Source of the DNA: a cyanobacterium endosymbiont of Epithemia turgida isolate EtSB Lake Yunoko | GTDB taxonomy: Bacteria > Cyanobacteriota > Cyanobacteriia > Cyanobacteriales > Microcystaceae | Reading direction: 5' to 3' | Assembly (NCBI RefSeq): GCF_000829235.1 | Contig: NZ_AP012549.1 | Span: 720,001 to 752,000 of the forward strand | DNA length: 32,000 bases | Part shown: piece after piece, positions 21,452 through 30,950 of the stretch | Layout of the letters: each line of letters opens with the position of its first letter | Numbering within the stretch: the stretch's first letter is position 1 | Translations under genes and position numbers: made by a program | Notes under the pieces: generated by a model | Told to the model about the DNA's origin: nothing | The model's input: the letters and a program-made list of their open reading frames with translations, nothing else | The model's database searches: none

Positions 21452-22936
21452 TTAAAGATTTAACCATTGAGCTAATGTCCCAGGTAAAGGAAGTAAAATC
21501 ATTATCAGCAATGCTAATGAAAACAAACCTAAGATATCTCGTCTATCATCTAATTCTGTTACATCATTTAGAGCAGTCTGCTCAGAAGTTGGCATAAAAA
21601 AGAGCAGGATTGCCCATAGTAAAAACTCTTGTCTAATAATTCCTAAAGCTAAGACAAATAATCTAGTAAATTGACCAATAATAATTGCTGCTCGTTGGCC
21701 AAACATTCCATGAACAATATGTCCCCCATCGAGTTGTCCCACAGGCATTAAATTTAGAGCTGTAATAATTAATCCTACGTAGCCTGCAATGGCTAAAGGA
21801 TGAAGATGAATTGCTTTTTCAGCAATAAAACTACTCCCAAAAACCAATTTAGCAAAAATAGCAAAGAGGAAAGAACCTCGAGGATCAAATGCTTGTAGAC
21901 TTAATAGGTTAGACTCTTCAACCAGAGGCACAACTTTTGATAAAGATAGTCCCCATAATAGAATGGGAACAGTTACCATAAACCCCCCCAAAGGTCCTGC
22001 TATACCGACATCAAATAAGGCTTGACGATGAGGGATAGGAGATTTTATCTGGATAAATGCTCCGAAGGTTCCTAAGAAAAAAGGGATAGGAATAAAGTAA
22101 GGTAGTGTTGTAATAACTTTATAACGAATAGCAGTTAAATAATGACTTAGTTCATGAATTCCTAAAATTATAATTACTCCTAGACTATAGGGTAATCCAT
22201 TTAATAGTAATCTTAGATTTTCTTGCCATTGTTCTACTGAAATACCAGCTATTTCAGTCCCAATAATTGTTGTAGTCAACAACGTCAGTAATAGTAACCC
22301 TAAAGCAAATAAAGGACGGGTGGTAGGTTGTTCAGGTTCTTTCTGTTGAGACTTAGCCCAAGGATTAGCTACTAAGGCAAAAAAAGGCTGTCCCTGTAGG
22401 CTTTCCTGAAAAAGAATCAAAAAGCGATCACCAAACACCCGCTCAATATTAGTTTTAATTGACTGATAAGCTTTTTCTGGAGCTATCCGTAACTTTCCCC
22501 GACAAAGAATAGCTTGAGGACGATAATCTAAATTCTGCAAGTAATACACTCCCCAAGGGAAACAATTTCTTAATGACTGTTCCTCAGTAGCGGTAATCGG
22601 ACGAATGAAAACTGGATTTTCTAGGGTTTTTATCTTTTTTTCAAGGTTAGGGAATAAAGAATAATTCTGACTATCTTGGTTTTTCGTGAGAATACGTCCG
22701 ATGGAAATTAACCACCCATAAGTGATAAAACAAATAAATAGGGGCAAGATGATCCACACCAAGGGAATAGACTTTTCTTCATCCATTACCATATACCATA
22801 CTGTCCAAGCTATGGGAGGAGTCATAACAACTAACCACAATAGCCAAGCAGGAGTATGAGTGACTGACGTTACCGTGCGCTTAATGAGGATATAAGTAAT
22901 AATGCTTAAAGTAAGTAACAGTAAAAGTAACCACAT
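21452..22936 (-). CDS. M50 family site-2 metalloprotease (EGY-like polytopic membrane protease)
   Basis: 494 aa and polytopic. The zinc motif 'HELSHY' and the second signature 'NLMPVGQLDGGH' are both present. Confidence 0.88.
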   Translation of the reverse strand: MWLLLLLLTLSIITYILIKRTVTSVTHTPAWLLWLVVMTPPIAWTVWYMVMDEEKSIPLVWIILPLFICFITYGWLISIGRILTKNQDSQNYSLFPNLEKKIKTLENPVFIRPITATEEQSLRNCFPWGVYYLQNLDYRPQAILCRGKLRIAPEKAYQSIKTNIERVFGDRFLILFQESLQGQPFFALVANPWAKSQQKEPEQPTTRPLFALGLLLLTLLTTTIIGTEIAGISVEQWQENLRLLLNGLPYSLGVIIILGIHELSHYLTAIRYKVITTLPYFIPIPFFLGTFGAFIQIKSPIPHRQALFDVGIAGPLGGFMVTVPILLWGLSLSKVVPLVEESNLLSLQAFDPRGSFLFAIFAKLVFGSSFIAEKAIHLHPLAIAGYVGLIITALNLMPVGQLDGGHIVHGMFGQRAAIIIGQFTRLFVLALGIIRQEFLLWAILLFFMPTSEQTALNDVTELDDRRDILGLFSLALLIMILLPLPGTLAQWLNL

Positions 22937-23087
22937 AGTTATCTATTGAAGAATGTATCAAGAAATCGTCTTCACCGTTTATGATTGAGACGATTTACTA
23001 AATTTAAGGAATAATAGGGTCACAAGGCCACACTCAATTTTGAGATTCCCTGTAATAAATTAACAAGGATTCTACTTTTCACCTATC

Positions 23088-23775
23088 ATGTTTCGAAAGA
23101 CAGCTAGGCTCTCTAAATTCTCTCGTCAACTATTAGAGGAGTTGTTTGCTTTACCCTCCAATAAAGATACTTTAGGCGGGACGGCTTATTTTATTCTAGA
23201 AAAAACTAGCAATATCTTGATGGATTATCCTGAATGAAATCAACAAGTTGAAGACTTTCTTCAACAACACGGGGGAGTGCGTTGTTTATTTATCACTCAT
23301 CGTAGTGCTGTAAGTAAATTGGTAAAATCCCTACAAAAAACTCTAAAGTGCTCAGTTGTGATCCAAGTAAGAACAGGAGGACTATCTGCTTCCAGAGACA
23401 GCCGTAACCTCTTTTAAAAAAGAAGCCTGTCTTAGTCCAAATATTAAAGGAAGGAGTTTGGATTCCTGTTAATTCCCCAGGTTTTTCTTATCTTTATCGG
23501 AGCTTCCATGGAGGAATTCTTTTTACTGAACTGCACTTTTGTGTGATCTTTTAGGGACTCTAAGACCTTGACGGTTAGCTAAAACTTTCCATTGGTTACG
23601 TCAGCTAAAGAGTGTTCAGATGTTACGCAATCACTTCAACTCCAGCTCCCTTAATTAGATTTTCCCAGGAGCCAATATAGAATTCTTACTAGACAAAGGA
23701 CTGATTGACAGAGCTTATGAGCAATTATCTGTTTTAAATTTAGATAATTTTTGTAAAACTCCCATCAGACAATAA
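23088..23775 (+). pseudogene. Metallo-beta-lactamase-fold hydrolase pseudogene
   Basis: From ATG 23088 it reads '...GGTAYFILEKTSNILMDYPE', then TGA (23235-23237) at a position where I recall homologues having Trp. It continues 'NQQVEDFLQQHGGVRCLFITHRS...VVIQ', and after frameshifts 'IPVNSPGFSYLY...GGILFT'. I count at least three further stops or frameshifts before the terminal TAA at 23773-23775. Confidence 0.7.
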
Positions 23776-24780
23776 TTTTATTTATGTTTCACTAGTTCTT
23801 GGATTCTTATAACTCTATCCTCTTTTTTAAAAAAAATTAACATTTTTTAACATCAGATGATATCCTCCTAGATTTAGGAGAATATCATCTGATGGCAGAA
23901 TTATTTAGATTGTTCGGCAACAAAACCAAGTCTGTTGATGAACTTAGTGTACAAGCATAGCAAAAAAAAAGAAATGTTTCATTCTCGAAGCTGATGATGC
24001 AAAAAGATGAGGAGATGCGGAGTTTATGAATAAATATCTTCAATAAAGACAAATATCACTGATAGCAATAGGTTTGTTCCTAAAAATCTACTTCACCCTA
24101 AACCTCAAATCAGTCCCGCAGCAGAATCAAACATTTAACGTTGTCGTAGCGAAAGTAACATAGATATGTCTCTTAAAATGGTTCGCAAGCTTAATAAGTA
24201 AGTTGATCTAGCTTGATAAACATTCTTTATAAGACACTAAATAACTAGGTGAAGTAGACATGATTAATTTATTTTTCCTATGTTTAAAACTAAGTTTTTT
24301 AAAATAAATACAAAATTTAGATAGTGTAATAATTTTAATTATTTTTAATATCTAAAATAAATTTATTTTTTATATCATTATGACATTTTATTGATTTTTT
24401 CAAGAAACTAATTAATTCAAAGTTAATTTGCCAATAGCATAGATAAGCTTTAAGTTTGCTCTGATTGTAGAGAGTAAGTTTGTATATATTCTCTAGTAAT
24501 TTATTGAAATATTTTTTTTTGATAGCTGATTTTGATCTGCTTTAAAATTATTTAATTCTCGACAAAACCTCTATATATACTTATGTTTATAGATATCTTA
24601 TTTATAATTTTTTATATTAAATATATTATTTACTTTGTATAAAAAAATATATTTAATGATAATACTTTTTATGTTTATTTCTTATTTATTTTATACTGAT
24701 TTTAAATGACTATTAACTTAGTTAATTATTTTATAAATGAACTAAAAATATTATATATTCTCTGGTTTAATTGGTTATGT

Positions 24781-24825
24781 TAAAAGTTATTAGTTTACTT
24801 TAATAAAGTAAACTAATAACTTTTA
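24781..24825. repeat. 45-bp perfect palindrome centred on 24803
   Basis: I checked taaaagttattagtttacttta-a-taaagtaaactaataactttta position by position. All 22 pairs around the central base match. Confidence 0.9.
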
Positions 24826-25956
24826 TGATTAATGTACAGGATACTTATTGAATTTAGTAATATTCTCTTATTCCTACAAAATTTTGTTTTTGATGTACTT
24901 ATTTTTTAGCTTGAATCACCTAGAATACAGTTAAAATAAAAAAATAATAGTTTAATCATTTTTTATTTCAACTGTTTTCTTATATTGTAAATAGGTTTAA
25001 ATGATAATATTCAATACTAAATACATATAGATCATGAATACATTATTTAATGATATTATTTAAAATAACAATGATTATTATAGTCGCCAACTATTTGCAC
25101 AATTTATTGTACAAATCAGGTAAAATAATTCTTTTTTTATTAAAATTAGTTCTATAGTTATGGACTTTATTGGAAATAAAAAAACTTAATTTCATAAAAA
25201 TTTATTTATTTACTGAGTTACTAAAATTTTTACTAATAATTTTATAAAATTGTTTTTTATTTAGAATAATAAATTCTAACTCATTAATTAAATCAATAAG
25301 TTTTTTATCTAAATCTTTGTTTATTTTTTAAATAAAATTTCATATGTGATATTATTCACATTTCGTTAATTTATCCTTTTTGTTATTTATTTTATTAAAG
25401 GTTAATTATGTTATTATTTTATAGCTTAATTATTATTTTTTTTGAAAAAGCTTTTAATATGTCAACAATCCATATAATCATTAGTAGCACATTACTGAAG
25501 CAATAACTAGCAAATAATTAACTATTAAGAAATAAACCCTGATCCAATCATCACCTTAAGATATCTAGTTTTACTGTTAAATGGAAATCCCCCTAATTGT
25601 AGCAAATCTACCTCATAAATAGTCCATAAATCAATGCTGTAACTATACAATAAATGAGTATTAATATAATCATCGATGATATTTATTTTTTATTTAGTTA
25701 CTTTGAAAACAGATTAGATTTCTTATAAACCTAAAAAAATGAAATTATAAATAATAAATTTAAAAGAAAGTTATATGCGAATTAATAAGTTTTTTAAAAA
25801 AATTCTTGTTTGAGTTGTATTAATTGAAAACATTCCATTAAAATACAATACCAGTAATAAAAAATTCAGAAATAATATTTTTTATCTATTAAAATAATCT
25901 ATGTATTAAGATATAATGCCATCGACAGTCATATAAACTCTGCTGATTTATACATT

Positions 25957-27150
25957 ATGAAAAATTTTTTTCAAATCAACCAAAACTTCACCTCTACAAC
26001 TAACACAGATGAATCGTTTTTTCAATTTCTTATTCCCGAAGGCCCATCTATTATTTTAGGTGAACAGTTCTCTAATACTTTGGTAATGCCCCTAGAACCT
26101 AAGTCCACTACTATGTTTGGTCCAAGAGGTGTTTGTTTAGTATCTGAAACTGGTCCGTTATGGATAGCAGACACAGGACACCATCGACTGTTGGGATGGA
26201 AAAATCGGCCTGAAACTGATGGCAAACCCGCAGACTTGGTCATCGGACAAACAGACTTTTATCAAGAAGGGCAAAACGCTAATGGAACTCCCCAAAGCAA
26301 TACTTTCAGTGTTCCTACTGGGATTTGCACTTGTGGAGAAGGATTAGCAGTGGCTGATGCCTGGAACCATCGGGTCTTAATTTGGAAGAAACTACCTCAA
26401 GATCATAATGTTCCTGCGGATATTGTGTTAGGACAAACAGACTTTCACCAAAATCAAGTTAATCGAGGAAAAATTAATACAGCTGCGGATAGGATGCATT
26501 GGCCTTATGGCGTTTTTTACCATCTAGGTTATTTTTTTGTCGCAGATACCGGAAATAGACGGGTTTTAGTGTGGAATCGACTTCCGGAAGTTAATGGACA
26601 ACCGGCAGATTTTGTTCTAGGACAGTCCCAGATGAATCTGCGGGACGAAAATGGAGGAGGACCTCCAACAGCTTCAAGTATGCGTTGGCCTCATACATTA
26701 GCAATTTGGCAAGATAACCTAGTTGTAACTGATGCGGGAAATAATCGTGTAATGATTTGGGATGGAATACCAACCGAAAATAATGTTCCTTGTAAATTAG
26801 TTTTAGGTCAATCAAATTTTGAAGATGTAGAACTTAATCAAGGGGTCTATTGTCCATCTTCTAGTAGTTTAAGTATGCCGTATGGCGTAGCTGCTTGTAA
26901 GCAATGGTTGATGGTGGCAGACACGTCTAATTCTCGTTTATTAGGGTGGAAAAATTCCCTAGAGATGGGTATCCCTTCCCAAGGATTAATGGGTCAACTT
27001 AACTTTCTTAGTAAAGGAGAGAATCGTTCTTACGGGAGGACTTATCGTAATAGTTTAAATTGGCCTTATGGAATCTCGGTTTGCGGTGATACGGCTATTA
27101 TTGCTGATTCTGGAAATAATCGAGTTTTACTATGGTCTATTAAAAGTTGA
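25957..27150 (+). CDS. NHL-repeat (six-bladed beta-propeller) protein with no obvious signal peptide
   Basis: Six repeats of an 'AD(T/S)GN.R(V/L)L.W' blade motif are present: ADTGHHRLLGW, ADAWNHRVLIW, ADTGNRRVLVW, TDAGNNRVMIW, ADTSNSRLLGW and ADSGNNRVLLW. Five of them are preceded by 'P.D.VLGQ.(D/N)F' linkers. Confidence 0.85.
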   Translation: MKNFFQINQNFTSTTNTDESFFQFLIPEGPSIILGEQFSNTLVMPLEPKSTTMFGPRGVCLVSETGPLWIADTGHHRLLGWKNRPETDGKPADLVIGQTDFYQEGQNANGTPQSNTFSVPTGICTCGEGLAVADAWNHRVLIWKKLPQDHNVPADIVLGQTDFHQNQVNRGKINTAADRMHWPYGVFYHLGYFFVADTGNRRVLVWNRLPEVNGQPADFVLGQSQMNLRDENGGGPPTASSMRWPHTLAIWQDNLVVTDAGNNRVMIWDGIPTENNVPCKLVLGQSNFEDVELNQGVYCPSSSSLSMPYGVAACKQWLMVADTSNSRLLGWKNSLEMGIPSQGLMGQLNFLSKGENRSYGRTYRNSLNWPYGISVCGDTAIIADSGNNRVLLWSIKS

Positions 27151-28719
27151 AATAAATAAGTAATAAATTCCAAATAGCAGTAAAAAATATATTTTTTATA
27201 TCTCTTATATTTAGAGAAATTAGAATTACAATTTAATCACTTTTATTAACACTTTTTATGGTAACGATTTTGTAAAAAATTTTGAGAAAAATTATATTGA
27301 TTGCAAAATATTCTTCCGTTAATTTTATGAACTTTCATGTGATGCTATTTTCCTTGTATAAGGGTATTTTAGTTATTTTTATTTCTAAAGTCCATCTTTG
27401 AATAATAACTTTTCAAGTTTAAATATTATTAATAAATCTTAGGTTTACTCATTTATAAATTTTTTATATATTTATATATTTTTTAGAAAACCTTACTAAT
27501 AAGGTTATTTAAATCTAGGTAAAATAAAGCTAAATATCAGTAAACTTATAAACTAACTTATCTTAAGATTAAGAGTCGTCATTATTTTCATTACCTTTTC
27601 ACATAAACTAAATCAAGAAAAGACATACATTGTAAATAAGTCTCTACTATAGAAGATACAAATAGAAGTTAGCCCTCATGTCCAACATGATGCATAAAAC
27701 CAGTGTTTGTCATCTAAGTTTTTTGAGTAGGTTTTAATTTCTCGTAAATGGATGAAAAGGAAATTATATCGAATTGATAATATAAAATTATCTAGTAAAA
27801 TATCAAATATAAAAATTTCAGAGTTGAAAATTAACAAAATTTCTGTATCTATAAGCTCTCTTTTTAATAAAAATTAATATATTATCAATCTCTTCTACTT
27901 TTCTTCACTCAAAATAGGGAATAGTTTTCCAAATTTAACGCCTAACCTAATTGTCGTAATGCTTTTTTCTAAAAAATAAGTACTATAGTATCTAATTGTC
28001 ATCTTAAACAAGAAGACCAAAGTAGAATCATTAAACAGAGCAGAAAAAGAGAATAGAAAAATAGATAAAGCTAGTCTTAAAATGTCAACTAGATATAAGT
28101 ATCTATTCTATTTCTTAAGATGGAAATGAGAGTAACATTCTGCATATTTTATTTTTGTCGGTTTTGTTGTTGGTATTGACTAATTATATGAACAATCATG
28201 CCAGAAGGAAAATTAGGAAACGGAATTAAATCAGCAAAACAAAAAACAATCGCACTAACCAGGAAGAATTTTAAAAAACAACTCATGATGATAAACCTTT
28301 GTGCAATCTTCCTTTCACTATCCTAGAATTAACTTGCTTAAATCTTCCCCTAATTGGATGAATCACTTGAACTCTTATTTTTATGAAAATTTAATTGATT
28401 AACCACTAACCCATCAACAGAACTGATATAGCAATGACTACTGTAGTAATTCACAAAGTCATCAATCATTAATTTAGCTAAATCAATTAGCTAAACTAAT
28501 GTCTGAATATTTCAGAATAGCCAGAAATTGATAATTATATAGAAATCCTTAGGATCAAAAGATAGTTGTTTGGAGTCAACCTAAAATGACGAGCAACAAT
28601 GCCCAAAGATTAATTGCGAACGCGATCCTCTCAGTTATCCTATTATATCCTATTGTTTTAGATGAGCACCTAAACAAAATTCATTGTAGGGTGACATTTC
28701 CTAAGAAAATAATTATATT

Positions 28720-29076
28720 TCAAGGAAATTTACTAGTAACTTTACCAATAATATGATAAGGAGTTATAAAACCAAAAGACCGACTATCATTACTTTCTGC
28801 TTTATTTTCTCCCAACAAAAAACAATTACCATTTTTGTTAACTAAAACAACTCGTTTAATAATCTTTAAATCCTGACGGTGAGGGTGCCTAGCAACGACC
28901 AAATCCCCTATTTCTGGCAAACGACGCCGGTAGGCCCTTGTGTCTACAAGAACTTCATCTCCTGCTTGAAGCAGAGGAAACATAGAAGTCCCTGTAACAC
29001 AAAACCGTTGACGCAACCTAAACAACCAAAGAAGCAATTCTTGATTGTTACTAGCAAGGATCAACTGCATGCCCAC
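28720..29076 (-). CDS. sodX: NiSOD maturation endopeptidase (S26 signal-peptidase family)
   Basis: 118 aa. The Ser/Lys dyad blocks are 'GTSMFPLLQAGDEVLV' and 'KIIKRVV', followed by 'GENKAESNDSR'. It lies 18 nt downstream of sodN on the same strand. Confidence 0.85.
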   Translation of the reverse strand: MGMQLILASNNQELLLWLFRLRQRFCVTGTSMFPLLQAGDEVLVDTRAYRRRLPEIGDLVVARHPHRQDLKIIKRVVLVNKNGNCFLLGENKAESNDSRSFGFITPYHIIGKVTSKFP

Positions 29077-29094
29077 TACCTAAGATCAACAAAT

Positions 29095-29607
29095 TTAGCT
29101 AGCTCTTACCCAGGCTACATTCCGATTTTTGGTAGACCAGAACATAGTATGAATTTTTTCAACAGTAGCAAGTAATTCGGTTGCTTGGTCTAAGTTAACT
29201 TCTACTTTACACGCAGAGCAAAGTTTAGCTGCCTTCCAAAAAATATCGTGAAGATCAGGATATTTTTCTAAATGTACAGGTTTAAAGTAGTCAGTCCAAA
29301 GGATAAGTAATTCTTCTTTAGTTTTTTGTGCTTGCTCTTCCTTAATTGCAATATAGCGGAAAAGAATATTAGCAGTGGCATGATCTCCGACAGAAGGATT
29401 AAGGTCTAGGATTTTCTTAGTCATGGACAATACTGCTTCAGCATAGATGCGAGCAGAGGCGGAGTCATAAACACCACAAGGTCCATCGCAATGAGCACTA
29501 ACTTCTGGCGCGCAGAAGTGCTTTTTAATGTGAGTAGCAATTCTGTTGAGCATAGTTTTCTCAGATGTATCTAATTTTTCAAAAATAACGTTTGCAAACG
29601 TTATCAT
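29095..29607 (-). CDS. sodN: Nickel superoxide dismutase precursor (true start probably ATG at 29553)
   Basis: The Ni-hook 'HCDGPCGVYD' follows a leader ending in '...PEVSA'. 'ARIYAEAVLSMTKK' comes next. The internal Met19 gives a 20-aa leader 'MLNRIATHIKKHFCAPEVSA', which as I recall matches the usual cyanobacterial leader length. Confidence 0.93.
   Translation of the reverse strand: MITFANVIFEKLDTSEKTMLNRIATHIKKHFCAPEVSAHCDGPCGVYDSASARIYAEAVLSMTKKILDLNPSVGDHATANILFRYIAIKEEQAQKTKEELLILWTDYFKPVHLEKYPDLHDIFWKAAKLCSACKVEVNLDQATELLATVEKIHTMFWSTKNRNVAWVRAS
29585..29604. promoter_or_regulatory. 20-bp perfect palindrome ATAACGTTTGCAAACGTTAT, candidate operator in the sodN leader
   Basis: The palindrome is read directly. 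It lies 32-51 nt upstream of the probable sodN start (29553), or inside codons 2-8 if the 29607 start is real. An operator function is inference only. Confidence 0.35.
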
Positions 29608-30099
29608 AAGGAACTATTTTTAGGGAAAAACTTTCTTGGTAACTTCCCTACTCCTAATTTTAATTGAAAAGTGTAGGCATTTCAGATCTTAAAATTATAG
29701 ATTCTTGCCTCTACCCTTATGGCTTCCTAAAGAGTTGCACTGTGTTAATTATTTAAATATTGTTTTTGTCTTTGAATACAAAGATTTGGAATGTTGGAAT
29801 TGACCGAGAAAAAATGGACGGTTTTTAGGCTTATATAGCTTGGACAAATCAACCTTTAAGTAGTGTTCTGACTTTCTCTTATGCTTCCTTTCGACAAAAA
29901 GTAAAACCTAGCAATATCATTTGATTTGTTAAAAAGCTCAAAAAGACTAGCTTTTAGCCAATTTATGCTTGTACTCGTTTAATTAGTAATTGAATTTGAT
30001 TAGTTACTTCTGATGATTCAAAAGAGAGAAAAAAATTACTACTAGCTACCATTTACAAGCCCAAAGGAGCAAGACTAAACAATCCTCTTAGATCTTTCA

Positions 30100-30950
30100 A
30101 ATAATTCCCTATTATAAATAATCCAAACTTACGCTGATAAATCCATCCTCTTGTTTGCCTAAGTCTACTAAAACTTTACAATAGCGAATAGAACGACTGT
30201 CTTAAGAATTTTTTCTGTCTAAAATTTATTGTTTAATGTGAGCAATTTAGTCCATTGGAAAACCGTCCATGGAACAAACGACATTACCAAAATAGCAACG
30301 AGCATACCCCCAAGCTCCTTTGGTTCTGTCATTATGGGATTATAGGCGAATCTCAGTTTCTATATCCCTTAAATCAACTATCATACGTTGTGTTTTGGCG
30401 AGAGCGTGAGGACTGACAAAATCGTGGTTGACCGTAACGTAAGAGCATTACATTCAAAATGACAGGCTCCACAGATAATACAGCTACTAGTTTGATTGAG
30501 ATGTAATCACTCTTCAGTGGTTTGCCGGAATTCACGTTCAGAAATAGAATATGCTTTGACATTAAGGTATGGTTCTATAGCTTCTAATTTTTTTCCAAAA
30601 AAAGACATGTCCACCACTCAACCCTTAACTACTGGAAGATTTTTGGGGTCAATGGTCATGGTTGACGGGTTTTGCTTCCCAGAGTATCCGAATTTTTCAA
30701 GTTCACCACCCATATTTTCTTTGCAGGTAAGGGCAGAACGACCATTAATTTTCATGCTACAACTACCACAGATTGTAGCATGAAAATTTTTGCGAAAGGC
30801 AAGGGTTCCATCTTTTTTCTATTTAATACAATTGAGGCAATCTAAAATAGTTGAGTTTGACTTCACGTATAAGCTATAAGTCCATAAATAAGGTATGTTA
30901 TTTAACTTTTGTTTTGTCGTAGAATTTTAAATTGAACTTTTATAGGGAAA
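30100..30950 (-). pseudogene. sdhB: Succinate dehydrogenase / fumarate reductase iron-sulfur subunit pseudogene
   Basis: The minus strand reads 'STILDCLNCIK*KKDGTLAFRKNFHATICGSCSMKINGRSALTCKENMG...TIDPKNLPVVKG*VVDMS', then after a frameshift 'LEAIEPYLNVKAYSISEREFRQT', 'SSCIICGACHFECNAL', and 'WGYARCYFGNVVCSMD' where 'WGCTRCYFCN.VCP' is expected. In-frame TAG and TGA codons, frameshifts and lost cluster cysteines are all visible. Confidence 0.82.

Noticed and set aside
23235-23237. The idea that TGA is recoded as Trp (code 4-like), which would rescue the 'pseudogenes'.
   Set aside because: TGA terminates clearly intact genes here (MFS at 6344-6346, pdhC at 10197-10199, YtxH at 11975-11977). 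The putative pseudogenes also carry TAA/TAG stops and frameshifts.
24240-25950. The AT-rich desert as a replication origin or as a CRISPR/tandem-repeat array.
   Set aside because: By eye I saw no cluster of DnaA-box-like TT(A/T)TCCACA sequences and no dnaA/dnaN nearby. There are no regularly spaced direct repeats with unique spacers.
28474-28494. Two copies of the 8-bp palindrome TTAGCTAA spaced 13 bp apart, considered as an operator.
   Set aside because: They lie downstream of sodX with no gene to regulate. Short AT-rich palindromes are expected by chance in this composition.
28879-29175. 98-aa plus-strand ORF spanning the sodX-sodN junction.
   Set aside because: It is antisense to two strongly supported genes and crosses their 18-nt spacer. 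The translation is not protein-like beyond chance.
30374-30783. ORFs 30374-30562 (-) and 30496-30783 (+) as independent genes.
   Set aside because: Both fall within the sdhB pseudogene. The minus one is a frameshifted piece of sdhB and the plus one is its antisense shadow.
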